Of a DNA stretch of 64,000 nt, positions 35,940 to 48,971 are shown one piece after another. The DNA lies in NCBI RefSeq assembly GCF_009914755.1, contig NC_060938.1. One strand, written 5' to 3'. Positions within the stretch are counted from its first letter, which is position 1. Every line of letters starts with the position of its first letter. This DNA comes from the human T2T-CHM13v2.0 reference genome, Homo sapiens. Made by a program: the position numbers and the translations under genes. A model generated the notes under the pieces. The model was not told the DNA's origin and made no database searches. It was given only the letters and a program-made list of their open reading frames with translations.

Positions 35940-36280
35940 TGTATTAGTCCATTTTCACGCTACCTGAGACTGGGAAATTTACAAAAGAAAGAGGTTTAAG
36001 GGGACTTACAGTTCCACGTGGCTGGGGAGGCTTCACAATCATGGTGGAAGGCAAGGAGGAGCAAGTCACATCTTACATGGATGAGAGCAGGAAAAAGAGA
36101 GAGTTGTACAAGGGAACTCCTCTTTTTAAAACCATCAGATCTCGTGAGACTTATTCATTATCATGAGAACAGCAGGGGAAAGATTTGCCTCCATGATTTA
36201 ATTACCTCACACTTGGTCCCTCCCACAACAGGTGGGAATTCAAGATGAGATTTGGGTGGGGACACAGCCAAACTATATCA
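35940..36280 (-). mobile_element. THE1 (C/D-like) solo LTR
   Basis: tgtattagtcc...aactatatca termini. Exact 5-bp TSD CCAAG (35935-35939 / 36281-36285). Confidence 0.93.
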
Positions 36281-36371
36281 CCAAGATTATGCCCAGAGAT
36301 GGGAAATCATGAGGGTAAAGCATGTCATACCAAGTGGAGGTGAGGTCTTTAAATATTTTAAGATCTGTTTA

Positions 36372-36751
<380 letters not shown>

Positions 36752-37097
36752 TTACAGGAAAGTGGATTTCAGACTCAACAAGGAAGATATTTTTCTAACA
36801 AGTAGAACTGCCCCAAAATGAAATGGGTGTCTTATATAGAAAAAAGCCTATAGTCTTTGCACCTGTTCATGCAAACGTTGAATACATTATTTTTCAGAAC
36901 ATTGTTCTTAAGAATAATTATTGTATGGAATGAAGATTGAGACAATCTCTAAACTTTTCCAAGAGATTATAATATAAACATGTATCTATCTAAACCCCAA
37001 GTAATCTTGTATAATTTTAGTGATCTGCCTTCAGAAATCTATAGGACCACATTCTTTACCTGAGTTACTATGTTTAACACCTACTTTGGATTCATAG

Positions 37098-37236
37098 TGG
37101 TCAAGCAGCTAGCAGAACACTCTTTAGTTTTGCTGGGTCATTTCTAAAGAAAAGGTAGATATTCGCACCTGTCAATCAGCTTCAGTAAGGAGCCAAAAGT
37201 GAAATCAGTTGTCAGTAACCCTTACAAAGCCACCTG
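37098..37236 (+). pseudogene. Candidate exon (VKQLAEHSLVLLGHF*RKGRYSHLSISFSKEPKVKSVVSNPYKAT)
   Basis: ttcatag| ... TG|gtattg, one stop in 45 codons. Confidence 0.3.
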
Positions 37237-39119
37237 GTATTGTTCTCTTGCCTTTCTTTTTTCTGTTTTCTGTTCATTCCCTTATTTTTGTTTCCATACT
37301 GCCTTATCTTTCTTTTCCTTTTCAAATTTCACTATACCTCTTTTAGTCTTTCCCTTGTCTTTCTGATTTCTAGACTTTTCTTATTTTTAGCTCCTATTCT
37401 TCATCCAAATACATGCCTTTCTGAAGACCCACCACAATTATTTTAAGTTAACTCTCATCAACCAGAGATTTCCCTTTACAGAGAGAATCATTGTTTTCTG
37501 TTTTTACCTGAAGCATGCTAGATCAATATAACAGGAACTATACAAAAGAATACTACTTTAATTCATTTTATGAGCAGTATATCAAGAGTAGATACAGGTT
37601 TTGTGGTACCTAAATCTTATATAATCTAGAGGTACTATCTTTAATTAAAATAGCAAACACTTAGATATGAAAGCAAGTATCAGTTTGTAATGAGTGCAAT
37701 CAAAACAAAGCAAATTGAAAAATTCTTAAAGCTGATAAATGCTATAAATATCTTAATACCACAAAAATTACTATTTTGTGAATGAACTGTCTGATACACT
37801 TCTGTTATTTTTTCCCATGTTTTTTGTCTATTGTTTGAATCCCTCCTATGGCAATGATTTTGCAATATTCTCCACAGAAAGAATAACAGTACTGCTATAA
37901 ATTTGTCCCTGACAAATAGGAATATGAGATGAGTCCTATCTCATGCAATTCCTATCAATAAAGAAAAGACTTAGTGGTGCATTTATTATCAACTCTGCTC
38001 TATTATCAAGTATATGCCTGACAGGATAGAAATTCTACTTTAACTGGAGTCAGTGAGAATGAAATCCTACAATTTTCCATGTATAATGATTGGAAAAATT
38101 TTCCACAGGCTAGCTCTGGTTTAATGCATTTCTAAAGTGTTTTTCTCCTCCGCTACCCACATATTACTGGTGGCAGTTTCATAAGATACATTGATATCAT
38201 GATAAGACTCTAGCCCTGAAACATTACACTGTAACATGGAGTGAGTTGGCACAGTAGGTAGTAGAAGTATTCCTGACAGCCATCCCTACACCAGAATGGC
38301 TAGAAGTGTAACTATACCTGGAGTGGTTGCAGACCGTATAAATGAATCTCCTTACTCTAAGCTCAATGAATTCTCAGGCACTCTTACAAATAAAAATGCA
38401 CTGGCTTCTAAATTAAGATGTTTGCCCTGATACATTGGGTAATTTCCTGGTTGTTCTAGTCTAGGGTATATTTTGAATATCAAATAACATGTTTAGGATA
38501 TTTTCCCTTTTGAAAATGACAAAAATCACAGAGACTCTTATCAAAAAGCTTTCCTTTTATTCGTGCTCATGTTACTTGCTGCAATTGTGCATCAGGTGGG
38601 AAGTAGAACATGGCATGGGTGCCAAAGGGTGCAGTAGTTAGACTCTTCAAGTGACTCCAACACAAATGAGATCATGCTTGAATCTCCTGATCAAATTTTA
38701 AATAACAGATCTGTAGCCAGTTAAAGGCATATGAGAACTATCAACACAAAAGCACGTATCCTCAATCTTCACTGCACGGAAAACCCCCTGGGAGACTTCA
38801 GCAATGTCAATGCTTTGACTAGTCTCAAATCAATTAAATCTGAATCTGTGAGCATAGGACCCAGGCACCAGTGTTTGCATTTTGTTTTGTTTGTTTTTAA
38901 TATTCCTTTTTGTAGCCAGGGTTGAGAACCACCCCCTGGTTTCAGCTTTGAAAACTAGTAAGTCAATGCTGTCAGACGACCCAGTGCCCAGTTTTACTTC
39001 AACTGACCCTTGGGGTGACATTTCTCTTGTACAATTGTATAGCACCAAATATTTTTTACTCTCTGGCCCGCCATGACAATCCCAAGCAGAAAAAGAATGC
39101 AACAGGTTTAAAGAGAAAG

Positions 39120-39377
39120 GCCTCTGATTTTGTTGTAGCAGCTAAAACAGACTAAGACATTAGCTGATGACATTAATAATAATAGAGTTTCCTTGAGAAT
39201 CTAATTTGTCTTGGAGCCCCCAAAACAATAAAAATGCTTCACATAACTGGCATAGAATAGAAAACAGGGGAAATAAAATCCTACCTTTTCTCTATTATTT
39301 CAAGAAATTATTGGACACATCAAAGCCCATTATAAACCATGTATGGTCCATTGATGCCACCATTAGAACTTCTGAGG
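39120..39377 (-). repeat. Templated insertion: inverted copies of 33696-33865 and 44863-44954
   Basis: Base-by-base identity with both sources. They share TTTT at 39286-39289. Confidence 0.97.
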
Positions 39378-40421
39378 ATTTGAATGTGGCAGGAAATTGT
39401 ACTGCCCCCATGATTTACTGAGAATAGTTTACCAAGAGCAACACACTACTGAGAATCCACCCAACTTCTCAAAGAGCAAACTATTTTCCATTCTGAGGAA
39501 GATTTTATTTTTTAACAGTGTTGTGATGGCAGCAAAATTGTGGAAAAACCATTAGTCTCCAATAACTGTTGGTAACAGATTCTACCTACATTCCCCCTTT
39601 CCTTTGAAAATCCTGCTATCAGGTAATAATTAGCAATTAGCGAACACTCAACTCTACATGACTAAGAAGAGCATTTCTCAATCTGTGTTCTTGGGAACAC
39701 TAGTTTCCTGCAATGTTAATATGTGTTATATAAAATGCTGCATATTCTGCCTTCTTTGAGAGTCAACAGACACATTTGAACATTAAAGGCTCTTCGAATT
39801 CCACATAAATAAATCTGCTTAACATTACTTAACCAAATGTTTCCCAAATTTATGTAACCATGGAATCCCCACCTCAAACACACATAGACACATATACATT
39901 TCTAATATGTGGGGGTTTTAGTGATTTGGGGATTTTGTTTTGGTTTTTAGAAGAACACCTATAAAACTAGTAGTTTTCTGTGAATCATGGTTTGGAAAAC
40001 AACTTCTCCTGAGGAAATCAAAACCAAAGTTAAACAATAATGCTTCAGGCCTGGAATTTCAAGCTTGTGGGGACAGTAGGCATTCTCATAGCTGCTAAAA
40101 TCATATCGGGTGGGCAGTTATTTGTCACCATCCAGCATAAAGACCCTTATCAAGCCTATTGCTATGTCATTAATTCTAAAAAAGATATGTCCAGTAATTC
40201 AGTCCCTCTGATTTCTCCGGTTTTGGGAATGTCTGCTTCAATGTGGCACACAAGCTATAGCAGATTGGGCTCATTTTGAGCCACAGGCAAAATATTCTAA
40301 GTTCAAGTATTTACCGAATTTTACTTGCCAGTTTTCATGGCATGTGTGATATTTTTAGCTGACTAGTGATAGTCTTTAAATCCAACAACAGTACACATTT
40401 TATATGAAAAATGCAGGATAT

Positions 40422-40880
40422 TGACAAAAACTGCCTCCGTGACCAAACTTGAATCAGACTCCTTTGAATCCTCTCCTCTGCTAGGCCTCAACCTTTGCAC
40501 TTCTATGTCCATCTTTGTATCACCCAGTTTCAGCAAAAATGCTGCCAAGTCAGTTTAGTGAGAATCTGTGCCCTCAATATCTGATCACCTGGATATCTGA
40601 GCAAATTCCTCATACCCAAACCATCCCCCAAGTGATATCAGATCACTCTGGCCTGCCTTCAGGTCCATTGGTTTAGCCAGAATCCCCCCTTACCTCTGAT
40701 GCTTCCTCTTAGTAATTTTCCATCCACTGAGCCCTATCCAACTGTAAGTCCCCACTTGTCCGTGCTGTGTTCAGAATTGAGTCCGGTTCTATACTGAGGT
40801 CTCTTTTCTCCTACTGCAATCATTCCCAAATAAAATCTGTTCTTACCACTTTACTGTCTAACTCTGTTTTTTCTTTAACA
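40422..40880 (+). mobile_element. ERV1 solo LTR (MER31-like)
   Basis: tgacaaaaact...ttctttaaca termini, TSD ATAT, AATAAA ~40828. Confidence 0.8.
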
Positions 40881-41090
40881 ATATGCAAGCTTGCAATAAT
40901 AAATTTACAGCAAAAATAAACACTTTCATCTGCTTAAGAGGGCCTTATTAAAAGTACTTCGATGTATTGAAAAATTAGACTGACAGCTTTGAAACACAAA
41001 GTCCTCTGTTTATCCATAAAACATATATATGATTGCCACCAGCAATTCTAAGCTTCCTTTATGAGTTTACCTCTGTCTGCCCCTCTAAAG

Positions 41091-41279
41091 AGTGAGAAGA
41101 GGGTTCAGATTCCAGGCCCATTCAATTCTTGGCTCCTCTGCAAAGACTGCCAATTAGAGTATTTTGTGATATGGACATCTGTCCACTGGACTGAGACCAG
41201 CTCATTTCACAAAGCAGTTGTCAAGTGGTATCAACTTTCTGTGACAACCTGTGTTGGATTCAAACCCGTGCCCTTTGAG
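41091..41279 (+). pseudogene. Candidate exon, 189 nt, phase 0-0, fully open (SEKRVQIPGPFNSWLLCKDCQLEYFVIW...FKPVPFE)
   Basis: ctctgtctgcccctctaaag| and GAG|gttaca. 63 codons with no stop. Confidence 0.45.
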
Positions 41280-44251
41280 GTTACATGGCTTCCTCTTCTA
41301 TCACTAAATCTTTTAAATGCCCAGAAGTTAGACACACTAATTTTCAAAACTAGCTAATTATAAAATCATAAAGTCATCTTTATTTCCCTTAATTCATGGA
41401 AATTTTTCTGATGCTTGCATTTATTGTCAAAAAATGATCCTCTATGTACACTTTTATTCTTGGAAATCTGGGCATTTTTCCAGTCACTTTGAAAGAAACG
41501 TATGTATTTAACATTATTTAAATGGGTGCTTTTTGGGCACCTACTACCTATTAGGCAGTGTGGAAATGCTACCAGTTTCCATTATTTTTTTTCTGAATTT
41601 ATCTGCTGAATAGCTGAACAATTTTTCTCTCCACTATACCTAGTTTTTCTTTTTCTTTTTCTGTTTTTAAACTCAGTACAGTACAAGGTAAGAAGAGCAA
41701 AAAGTTTTATAAGGGGAAAGGTAATGTTTGAAGTTACATTAGTTTGAATGTAGTTTAGTTTCTCAACTATATATAATTACTTTGAAGGGGAAAAATCATA
41801 AAAATAGCTTTATTGTTACATTTTTGCCAGTGGGTGTGTGAAGTAATTTAACTTACAGGTAATGATTATGTAATTGTATTGATACAGGGCATACAGCCTA
41901 CCAAGCTTAGTGAATCATCCAGACTGACAAGAGGAGGTGTAAAAATTCTGCCTGCTTCTTTTCTGTCTCACATCCCTGCCTTTACAAAGGAGAGAAGTCT
42001 TTCTCACAAGTTGGGGAGGGTGGTGGTAAGTGAGGCATCAAAGCTCCAAGATCACGGATATAAATGCATCAAGACAATGTGTCAATTCCTTGTGGTATAA
42101 TTTTAAAAATTAATTGGATGGTGGTGAAGCTACCCAGCCCAAATGATGACTGTGCCATAAGAGATACAATGCAAATGGCTGACAGCAGCTACTTACCATT
42201 CAGAAATGAAGCTCTAAACTTTCACAAAGCTCCATTAAGATACAAATTAATTTCACTGAACTGTTCCATGTTGTTTGTCCCTGTTTTACCTCTGTAGGAT
42301 ACATTTGTTGCATAAACCCAACCATTTATTTGGACAGGAAGAAACAACACAAAATATAAAGGTCTAGTTATAGCATGGTATGCTGAGGTAATTAAAATTT
42401 CTATTTTTGCAGCCAATGACCTCTGTAGCCATAGCTGATTAAAAGTACAAAAATTTTAGATCTGGAGAATATTTGTGCCAAGGACAATGCTTGACCAAAT
42501 ATAATTAACTGAATTTAGATAAATTCTCAATCTGGCTTTCTTTAACTTGAATAGAAAAATCACACACTTCGTTGAACATGAATGGATTTGAAAATGAACA
42601 TTTGGATTATATGCGAGGATATTTTCCCAGAATAATAGACCCAAGATTTTTTGATGTGCTGCATAGAAGTTCTTTGTTGACCCAAAGAATATATCAGCCT
42701 TCTGTTTTTACTCTCTAGTTCTATTTGCTGATTTTTGTTAATATTTATAATAACAGAAATAGTAGGTGAGGGAAAGCAGGAGAATAACAGATCCATTTAA
42801 ATCTTTACTCTTTGTTTTTTCAGTGCTTCTTGTTCTTTTTCTTGGGGATAATTAGAGATAAATGGTATGGTATTATATTTGCTTGGATAGCAATACAAAA
42901 ATGCCTATTTCCATCATTTTCAGTAATAGACTTTCAAGCTATATTTTCCTCAAACTTGATCCTCATTATTCCAGTAATATTTAAGCTATTAATTTCTCCA
43001 GAGAGTGCTTTTTGAAAATGGTAAATTATAAGACAAATCCCAAAATTACATTTTCTTTAATTTACAGTATTGTTCAAGCTCTACTGTTAGCATAAATGAA
43101 TAGTCTGAACTGCAGTCTGAAATAAAGCCTTGAGCATTAAACAGTTGGCTTGGAAACAGAAACATTAAGAATATGATTGAAATTTTTTTACAGAAGATGA
43201 AATAACAGCATGCGCAAAAGCTCATTTATGATAATTCTAACATTTCTGCTACAGTTACAGAAAAGTAACAACATTTACCAAAAAAAGAAAGAAAAGAAAG
43301 AAAGAAAGGTGAAGGGTTTCACTTTCTAATCAACTGCAATGATATCAATTTTGCCCTTACTGAAAAGTGATTTTCACAGTTATAGAAATTTAATTTTTTT
43401 TCTGAGTTTCAAATTTGCCTTTTGGAAGGAACACAAAACAGGGCTTTTCAAAACAAAAGTCAATTGAAGCAAAAGTTTTTGTACTTGATGTAGGCATGTT
43501 GTAAACACATAACAATAGCAATAAATACAGTCAAACAGCATGATACTCAGAAAGACAATGAAGTCTATAAAGGTCTACAAACATCATATTTATTTTATTA
43601 TAAAAAGGCATTAATTATGCTAATATGTGATGAAATCATATGAAATTCAAGGTATATTTAAAATCATTTGTTTAATATGTTTTATTTCATACTAGTTATG
43701 TCTGTTCCTTTATTTTTGTTTTGCCTTTTTTACGGGTGGGATTTGAAAAAGGAAGATAGAGAATACTTTTTATAAAATTATAAAGAAGACCAATCTTCTT
43801 GAAAATATTGATAATCTGATAAATTGCCAACAATAACCATCTGAGGCCTAAGCAAGCGTTTGTGATTCTTCAAACGAAAAGCTTCAAATTCACTCCAACT
43901 AAGAAAATCACTTCCTCCATCTAGTGGTGACTGATTGTAATGCTACCGAATTCTAGAACACTTTTCAACTTTTTTAAAATGTCGTTTTGTTTTTATACCT
44001 ATGCTTGGGTCAGATAATTGTATTTATGTGGGAAATTAGGCTAAATTGTGTTAGTTTTCTTAAACATTTTACTACAATCTGAAGAAACACGGCATTACTA
44101 TCTGCAATATTTTATCTCTGAGCCAAAATGCATAAAACATAGCCCTTACCATTGTAGGGCTTACAATTGAGCTAGGGAGACTTGACATATATGTATGAAA
44201 GGATAAACTAAAAAGAACACACATGAACTCTCAAATGGGTGATAAAGGCAA

Positions 44252-44520
44252 TGTCAGGGCTCAGAACGCAATGCTCTAAAACATGGCATCTTGGCGTACT
44301 GAGTATTTTCAGCTGAAGGAAATTGAGAAAACCACAAAGCAGAAGGTCTCTCTCACCTTCTCTCTTGAAGGCCTTCATGTGACAGGTGTCCTGGAGGGGA
44401 GAAATGTTTCACAGAGATGCTAAAAAGAATCTGAACAAGCAGGCCTTGCTAAGTTTCCTCCCAACTTCCCCCTCCCCGCCCCAGTTTATTACCAATAGAT
44501 CATGACTTTTGATGGTCATC
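44252..44520 (+). mobile_element. ERV1 LTR fragment (MER34 group)
   Basis: tgtcagggctcagaac...tattttcagctgaaggaaattgagaa and aatctgaacaagcaggccttgctaagttt. Confidence 0.6.
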
Positions 44521-46034
44521 ATTGCTTGAAAAAGATTTGGCAGAATATATGGAACTGAAATGGCCTTTATTAAAGAGATAGAAGGAATTACATAACCAGG
44601 GAAGACTAAGAAAGGCATTTCAGACAAAAGGAACAGTTACAAACTGTTACAAGAGACAAGATAGATGCCTCCAATTCTGAAATCTTTGGAAGACAATGGG
44701 TAAGTCGTGTTCTGCAAAAATGGGTCTATGTGTTTGGTCAAGAGGAGTGAGAATGGAGTAGAAAGTAAAGTCGTTATAGCTATTGTAGATATAATACAGA
44801 GATTTTGTAGAGGGTCTTGAATGTCAAGATAAAAATGCTGGACTATATATTATTAGAATGAACCTCAGAAGTTCTAATGGTGGCATCAATGGACCATACA
44901 TGGTTTATAATGGGCTTTGATGTGTCCAATAATTTCTTGAAATAATAGAGAAAAATATCTTTACATGTGCACATATGAATTTCTCTAGAAAGAATGTCCA
45001 TAATTGTCATCAGATTCTCAATGGGGATCATTGCTCTGTTAATAGGTTTTGAATAGCAAACTGACATATTGAGTTTTGGAAAGATTCGTCTGACATTGAT
45101 GTGTAGGATAGTTTGATATGGGCAGATAACTTATTCTTCATATTTAGGCTGATCCATCCCCCCAGCACAATATGCTGCCCTGGTTACTTGGTACTTTACT
45201 TCTCCCCTCTCTGGGCACTCAGTATTTCTTTATAAAATATTTTAAGTCTTTAACTAATTCTATGATAATCTATAGATCCATATACACGATCTCATCAAAA
45301 ATAGCCTTAAGCATTCATAAAATTTAGATTTGGTGAGTACCGTGTATTTTTCTCAACACTGAGGTGCTTTCTGTCTGCACTTATATTTATATTTGGGATT
45401 CAGGCCTTTAATGATAGCAGTCATCATAAAAGTTTCCATTTGTTGAAGACTATATGCTAGGCACAAAATTAAGTATATGTGTTCAACAAATACTTACTGA
45501 GTGCTTTTTATGTGCCAGGTAGGTCATAAATCTTACAATAATCTAATGAGTTATATTCCCAATATATCCAATATGAGTTACAGTCCCCTGACTTTGTACA
45601 TGAGGAACCTGAAGTTTAGGAGTTAGGCAACATTCACATCATCACCTTTTTCATAGCTAGTACAGCTTTGATTTCAACCTAGATATCTTTGATTCAATAA
45701 GCTGTGTCAAAGGTGGAACTAAAAAAGTATTTGGTCAGGATGCAAGATTTCTGAATGCCTGTATCTTGTCCTACCATTACCTTACCTTTCCTTCCTTTCC
45801 CTTTCCTCCATCCAACCAAGCTTTATCCTCCCTAGCCCCTTTCCATAACAAAAATGCCCAAGGGATACAAGCACAGGGCCCAAAGCCAGGTAAATGTACT
45901 TTTTTACTCTGATGCTTTTGTCCAAAGGTCCAGTGTCTGAACTAATCAGGAATCAGTGGCCAAGGCCCTTTTCATAGCTTGGTAGTCCCCAGACTGCTTT
46001 CCTAATAAACTATCTGAAAGTTGTTAACTGGTAT

Positions 46035-46499
46035 TGTACCAGAGAAAAAGTAGTATCTTTTCCTCACCCATTGCAAGGCTCATGGCTGAGGCCCCCGTAA
46101 AAAAAACACAGATTAACAAGAGAAAAGTTTACAAATTTAAATTCATGTGACATAGGGAGCCTTCAAAAATAAAGACCCAAAGAAACAGAAAACGTGCATG
46201 TTTCCATGGTAGGGTTTGATGAAGAGTAGACAATTGTGTAGAAGTATGATTGGACAAAGAGGGTAAGATCTAATGATAATAAAATCAGGGGAACTTAGCA
46301 AGGCCTGCCTGTTCAGATTCTTCTCGGTATCTCTGTATTTTCAAGGCTAAGGATGTTCCTTTTCTCCAGATAGAGGGAAGGTATGATCTGCTTCAGGGGA
46401 GAAGGACGAGAGGAAGATGAGAATGGCCTTTCTGCTTGTGCTATTTTTTCAAATGCCAAGGTGTCATATGTTGGGGTAGCATGTCCTAAACTCCACCAG
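46035..46499 (-). mobile_element. ERV1 solo LTR (MER34 group)
   Basis: Antisense: cagattaacaagagaaaa, ggaacttagcaaggcctgcctgttcagattc, ttggggtagcatgtcct-aactccacca. Confidence 0.7.
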
Positions 46500-47501
46500 T
46501 ATGCAAAATTAAAGTATTCCATAACCAAAAACATCAGAGAAGTACTGCACTGCATAGTTCCCTCTTGGGGTTTAAATGTGAATATTCACAGATTAAAAAC
46601 TGAGAAGCCTCACAGGAAGATAAAGATGGGTAAATCTGCTCAAGACTGCTTTTCTCAAGTTTGTTTGACCAAGAATTTTCTTATCTTAAAACTCCTAATA
46701 GGGAGCAGAATAATGTCCCATGTCTGGGAAACAGTGGCTATCACAACAATAGGCTACAATGCTAAAAACAGGCCTCCTCCAGTGTTCCATTGCAGGAAAG
46801 CCTTCAGCACTTACAAAATTGACTTTCTCTGACCCCCAAATATTTCATGTGTTCACTTGTCCTAAATGCCAGACATTCAGCATGTGGCATAAGAATATGA
46901 GTACAAGCCTCACACTCATGAAAAATTATAAAACACAAATTAAATGTGATCACTGCTTCAGCACTTTACAATGTAAGCATCAATTACTTGTTAACTATGA
47001 TTTCCCAAACAAACCCAATGTAATTGAATCAGGAAATATCAATATCCAGACCCACATGATTCTTACTAGCCATAAACTATAACAAAAAAAAAAATCAAAG
47101 AGAAAAAGAAAAAATCCTGGTTTCAGCTTCACTGGGGTGCTCGCCGATCTATGCCCGCTGTCATGAGTGCCCCACCTGTGAACGTAAATTTCACTTGGAA
47201 GATAGAGCATGTAAGGAGGTTAACTGTGACCTAGAATTTCAAATCTGAGGGGACGGGGGAGCAGATGTGGACTCCAACGCTTATCCACACTGCCTTTCTC
47301 TAGAGAGTACTTGAAACACTCCTGTTTTCTTTGGGATTTTAGAAATTGCATTTCTGGCACCTCCACTAGCAATTCTTTCCTGAAACCCCATTCTCCACCT
47401 CACATCTATCCCATATATTTAAAACCTCAAGTTTTCTCTACCTTTCTTTGGTCTCTGCATTCCTGGCACCAAACTCTGAAGTGACCGAAAGTTCCCTCTG
47501 A

Positions 47502-47533
47502 GAAACAGCGAAACAGCGAAACAGCGAAACAGC
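47502..47533. repeat. (GAAACAGC)4 perfect tandem repeat
   Basis: Four exact 8-bp units abutting a truncated Alu. Confidence 0.97.
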
Positions 47534-47683
47534 TCCCATGCCTAACTTTTGTATTTTTAGTAGAGACAGGGTTTCACTATGTTGTTTGGCCAGGCTGGTC
47601 TCAAACTCCTGACCTCAGGTGATCCGCCTGTGTCAGCCTCCCAAAGTGCTGGGATTATAGGCGTGAGCCACCACACCTGGACC
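47534..47683 (-). mobile_element. AluS left arm only (right arm and tail missing)
   Basis: tttgtatttttagtagagacaggg...gtgagccaccacacctgg. Confidence 0.92.
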
Positions 47684-47774
47684 ATGCCTTCTTATGAGCA
47701 AGGAAAACCACATTAATATTAGGCAATTTGCATAGCCGTAATCTGATGCACTCTCTCTGTTTCTTCATCCCCAG

Positions 47775-48097
47775 TGGTATTCCTGGTTGTGGGTAGCCTA
47801 GGGCTGTCAGAGAGGCCTTGTTCCCACATTGCTTCAGCTGGAAGGAATGACCCAGGCCAGTGAACTGGTCTGCTATTGGTGGTGTGGCTCAAGGGATCTA
47901 ATGCTATGCATGTGCTCATAATACAACCCAGATCTGCACTGCTGCTTTCAGCTGAAGTCCATAACAGAGGCATCTGGAGAAAGCAGACCCCAAAAATGGG
48001 AGAGGAAAACAAGAAAAAGCCTCATGCTTTCAAGCTTGCTAGAGTATTTGTTAAGTTCACATGGAGAAACAACAATCTTTGCAGTGAAAAACTGTAG
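47775..48097 (+). pseudogene. Candidate exon (VFLVVGSLGLSERPCSHIASAGRNDPGQ*TGLLLVVWLKG...SEKL)
   Basis: Strong acceptor ctctctctgtttcttcatccccag|, one internal stop in about 106 codons. Donor unclear. Confidence 0.35.
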
Positions 48098-48971
48098 AAG
48101 GAATTATCATAAGAGTATTTTTATCACCGTTACTTGCTAAGTTAATGGATTGTGCTTTAATTCTTGAATGGTAGAAAATACTAAAAGAGCTGATGAAGTT
48201 CTCGGCCTTAAAAGACACAGTCTCCGAACTTCTCTAATTTTATTTTGATACTTATATGTGTCCCACAGTAAGTATTTGCTGCTAACACTACATAATGAGT
48301 GGCAATCTCAAAGTTACAATAAATTATGCATAATTTAGTCTCTTAGAAGGTCTATAAATACAGCGTGAAGTGTTCAGCTTGTTATTTGATGCAACATCTG
48401 AAATCAGATTGCTCTGATGCAAATGTTTATCTCAATGTTATAATTGTGGCATGAATTCTTCTGAATTTATTTTGTTTGCAAAGAGCATTTTATTAATTAG
48501 TTACACCAGTCTCAAGGGTATTAGGTTTTTTAGAGCCATCAGTGTCAAAACTTCTGCAAATATAAAATTATAACTCATTTTTAAAAGAAAATAAGTTTTA
48601 CGAAATGATTTTTAAAATACCATTTGAAGAGCATAATATATTCCTAGGGGGTATATTTTCCAAACATTTTGAAGCATTGAAATATTTATTAATATTACTA
48701 TTTATTGCTTATTATCATCCCATGTTGTTTTTTTTTTGACAAAAATTAGAGTACACAGGTCTTTGCATCCAGTTGTGATGAACTAAAATGTAAAACCAAG
48801 AAATTTTACCTTATTTTATGAAAAACTTGTCTATGATTCTTGCTTTTTTGTTTCATTTATACGTATTATCAAGCTATCAATTGTGTTGAATTTTAATACA
48901 GGAATATATTGCCTCCATTTGTTCCTATTTATAGGCACAACTTCCACTATTGGAAAGCATATTTTGTATGT

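Noticed and set aside
39120-39377. Retrotransposed circRNA back-splice junction
   Set aside because: An AG precedes 33701, but no GT follows 44954 and the junction G derives from 33700. There is no poly(A). The junction is microhomology-based.
39206-39421. Shared peptide FLYYFKKLLDTSKPIINHVWSIDATIRTSE in two ORFs as a gene duplication
   Set aside because: A by-product of the inverted DNA copy of 44863-44954, not coding.
42578-42720. Resemblance of EHLDYMRGYFPRIIDPRFFDVL to a NAPRT-type helix
   Set aside because: Short match whose flanks do not continue. Likely chance without a search.
47502-47533. CRISPR-like or iteron array
   Set aside because: No spacers, 8-bp units and a human context. 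It is a simple tandem repeat.
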